The translations under genes were made by a program, and so were the position numbers. This document shows positions 63,986-64,000 of a stretch of 64,000 bases of DNA, piece by piece. Location: positions 114,142,001-114,206,000 of the forward strand of contig OX597817.1 of NCBI GenBank assembly GCA_951406725.2, read 5' to 3'. Within the stretch, counting starts at the first letter, position 1. The number at the start of each line of letters is the position of its first letter. The notes under the pieces were generated by a model that saw only the letters and a list, made by a program, of their open reading frames with translations, made no database searches and was not told the origin of the DNA. The DNA is from Octopus vulgaris. Its lineage: Eukaryota.

Positions 63986-64000
63986 GCGCATGCACACACA
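63198..64000. repeat. Degenerate (TA)/(TG)/(CA) and (GA)n microsatellite field
   Basis: Directly visible. Confidence 0.95.

Overview
AT-rich, microsatellite-dense metazoan non-coding DNA. The SINE, RTE-tail and (TA)n/(CA)n landscape strongly suggests an Octopus genome (inference). I found no credible host protein-coding exon; nearly all ORFs in the track are translations of simple repeats or SINEs. The window holds dozens of tRNA-derived SINEs from several families, 3' fragments of RTE, R4/Dong-like and HERO-like LINEs, and mariner and Tc1 fossils. It also holds hAT- and piggyBac-type MITEs, two non-autonomous Helitrons and one Helentron-like element. The most notable signal is about 14 type I hammerhead-ribozyme motifs in at least 7 sequence-unrelated short elements, several with terminal direct repeats and/or inverted partial copies and many next to (TA)n. 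Three motifs keep the full catalytic core with a paired stem I and a GUH cleavage triplet (31241-31286 +, 37198-37280 +, 46749-46799 -). One motif sits downstream of a tRNA-type Pol III head. The architecture points to retrozyme-like or Penelope-dependent non-autonomous retroelements. Folds were read by eye and coordinates of degenerate repeats are approximate.
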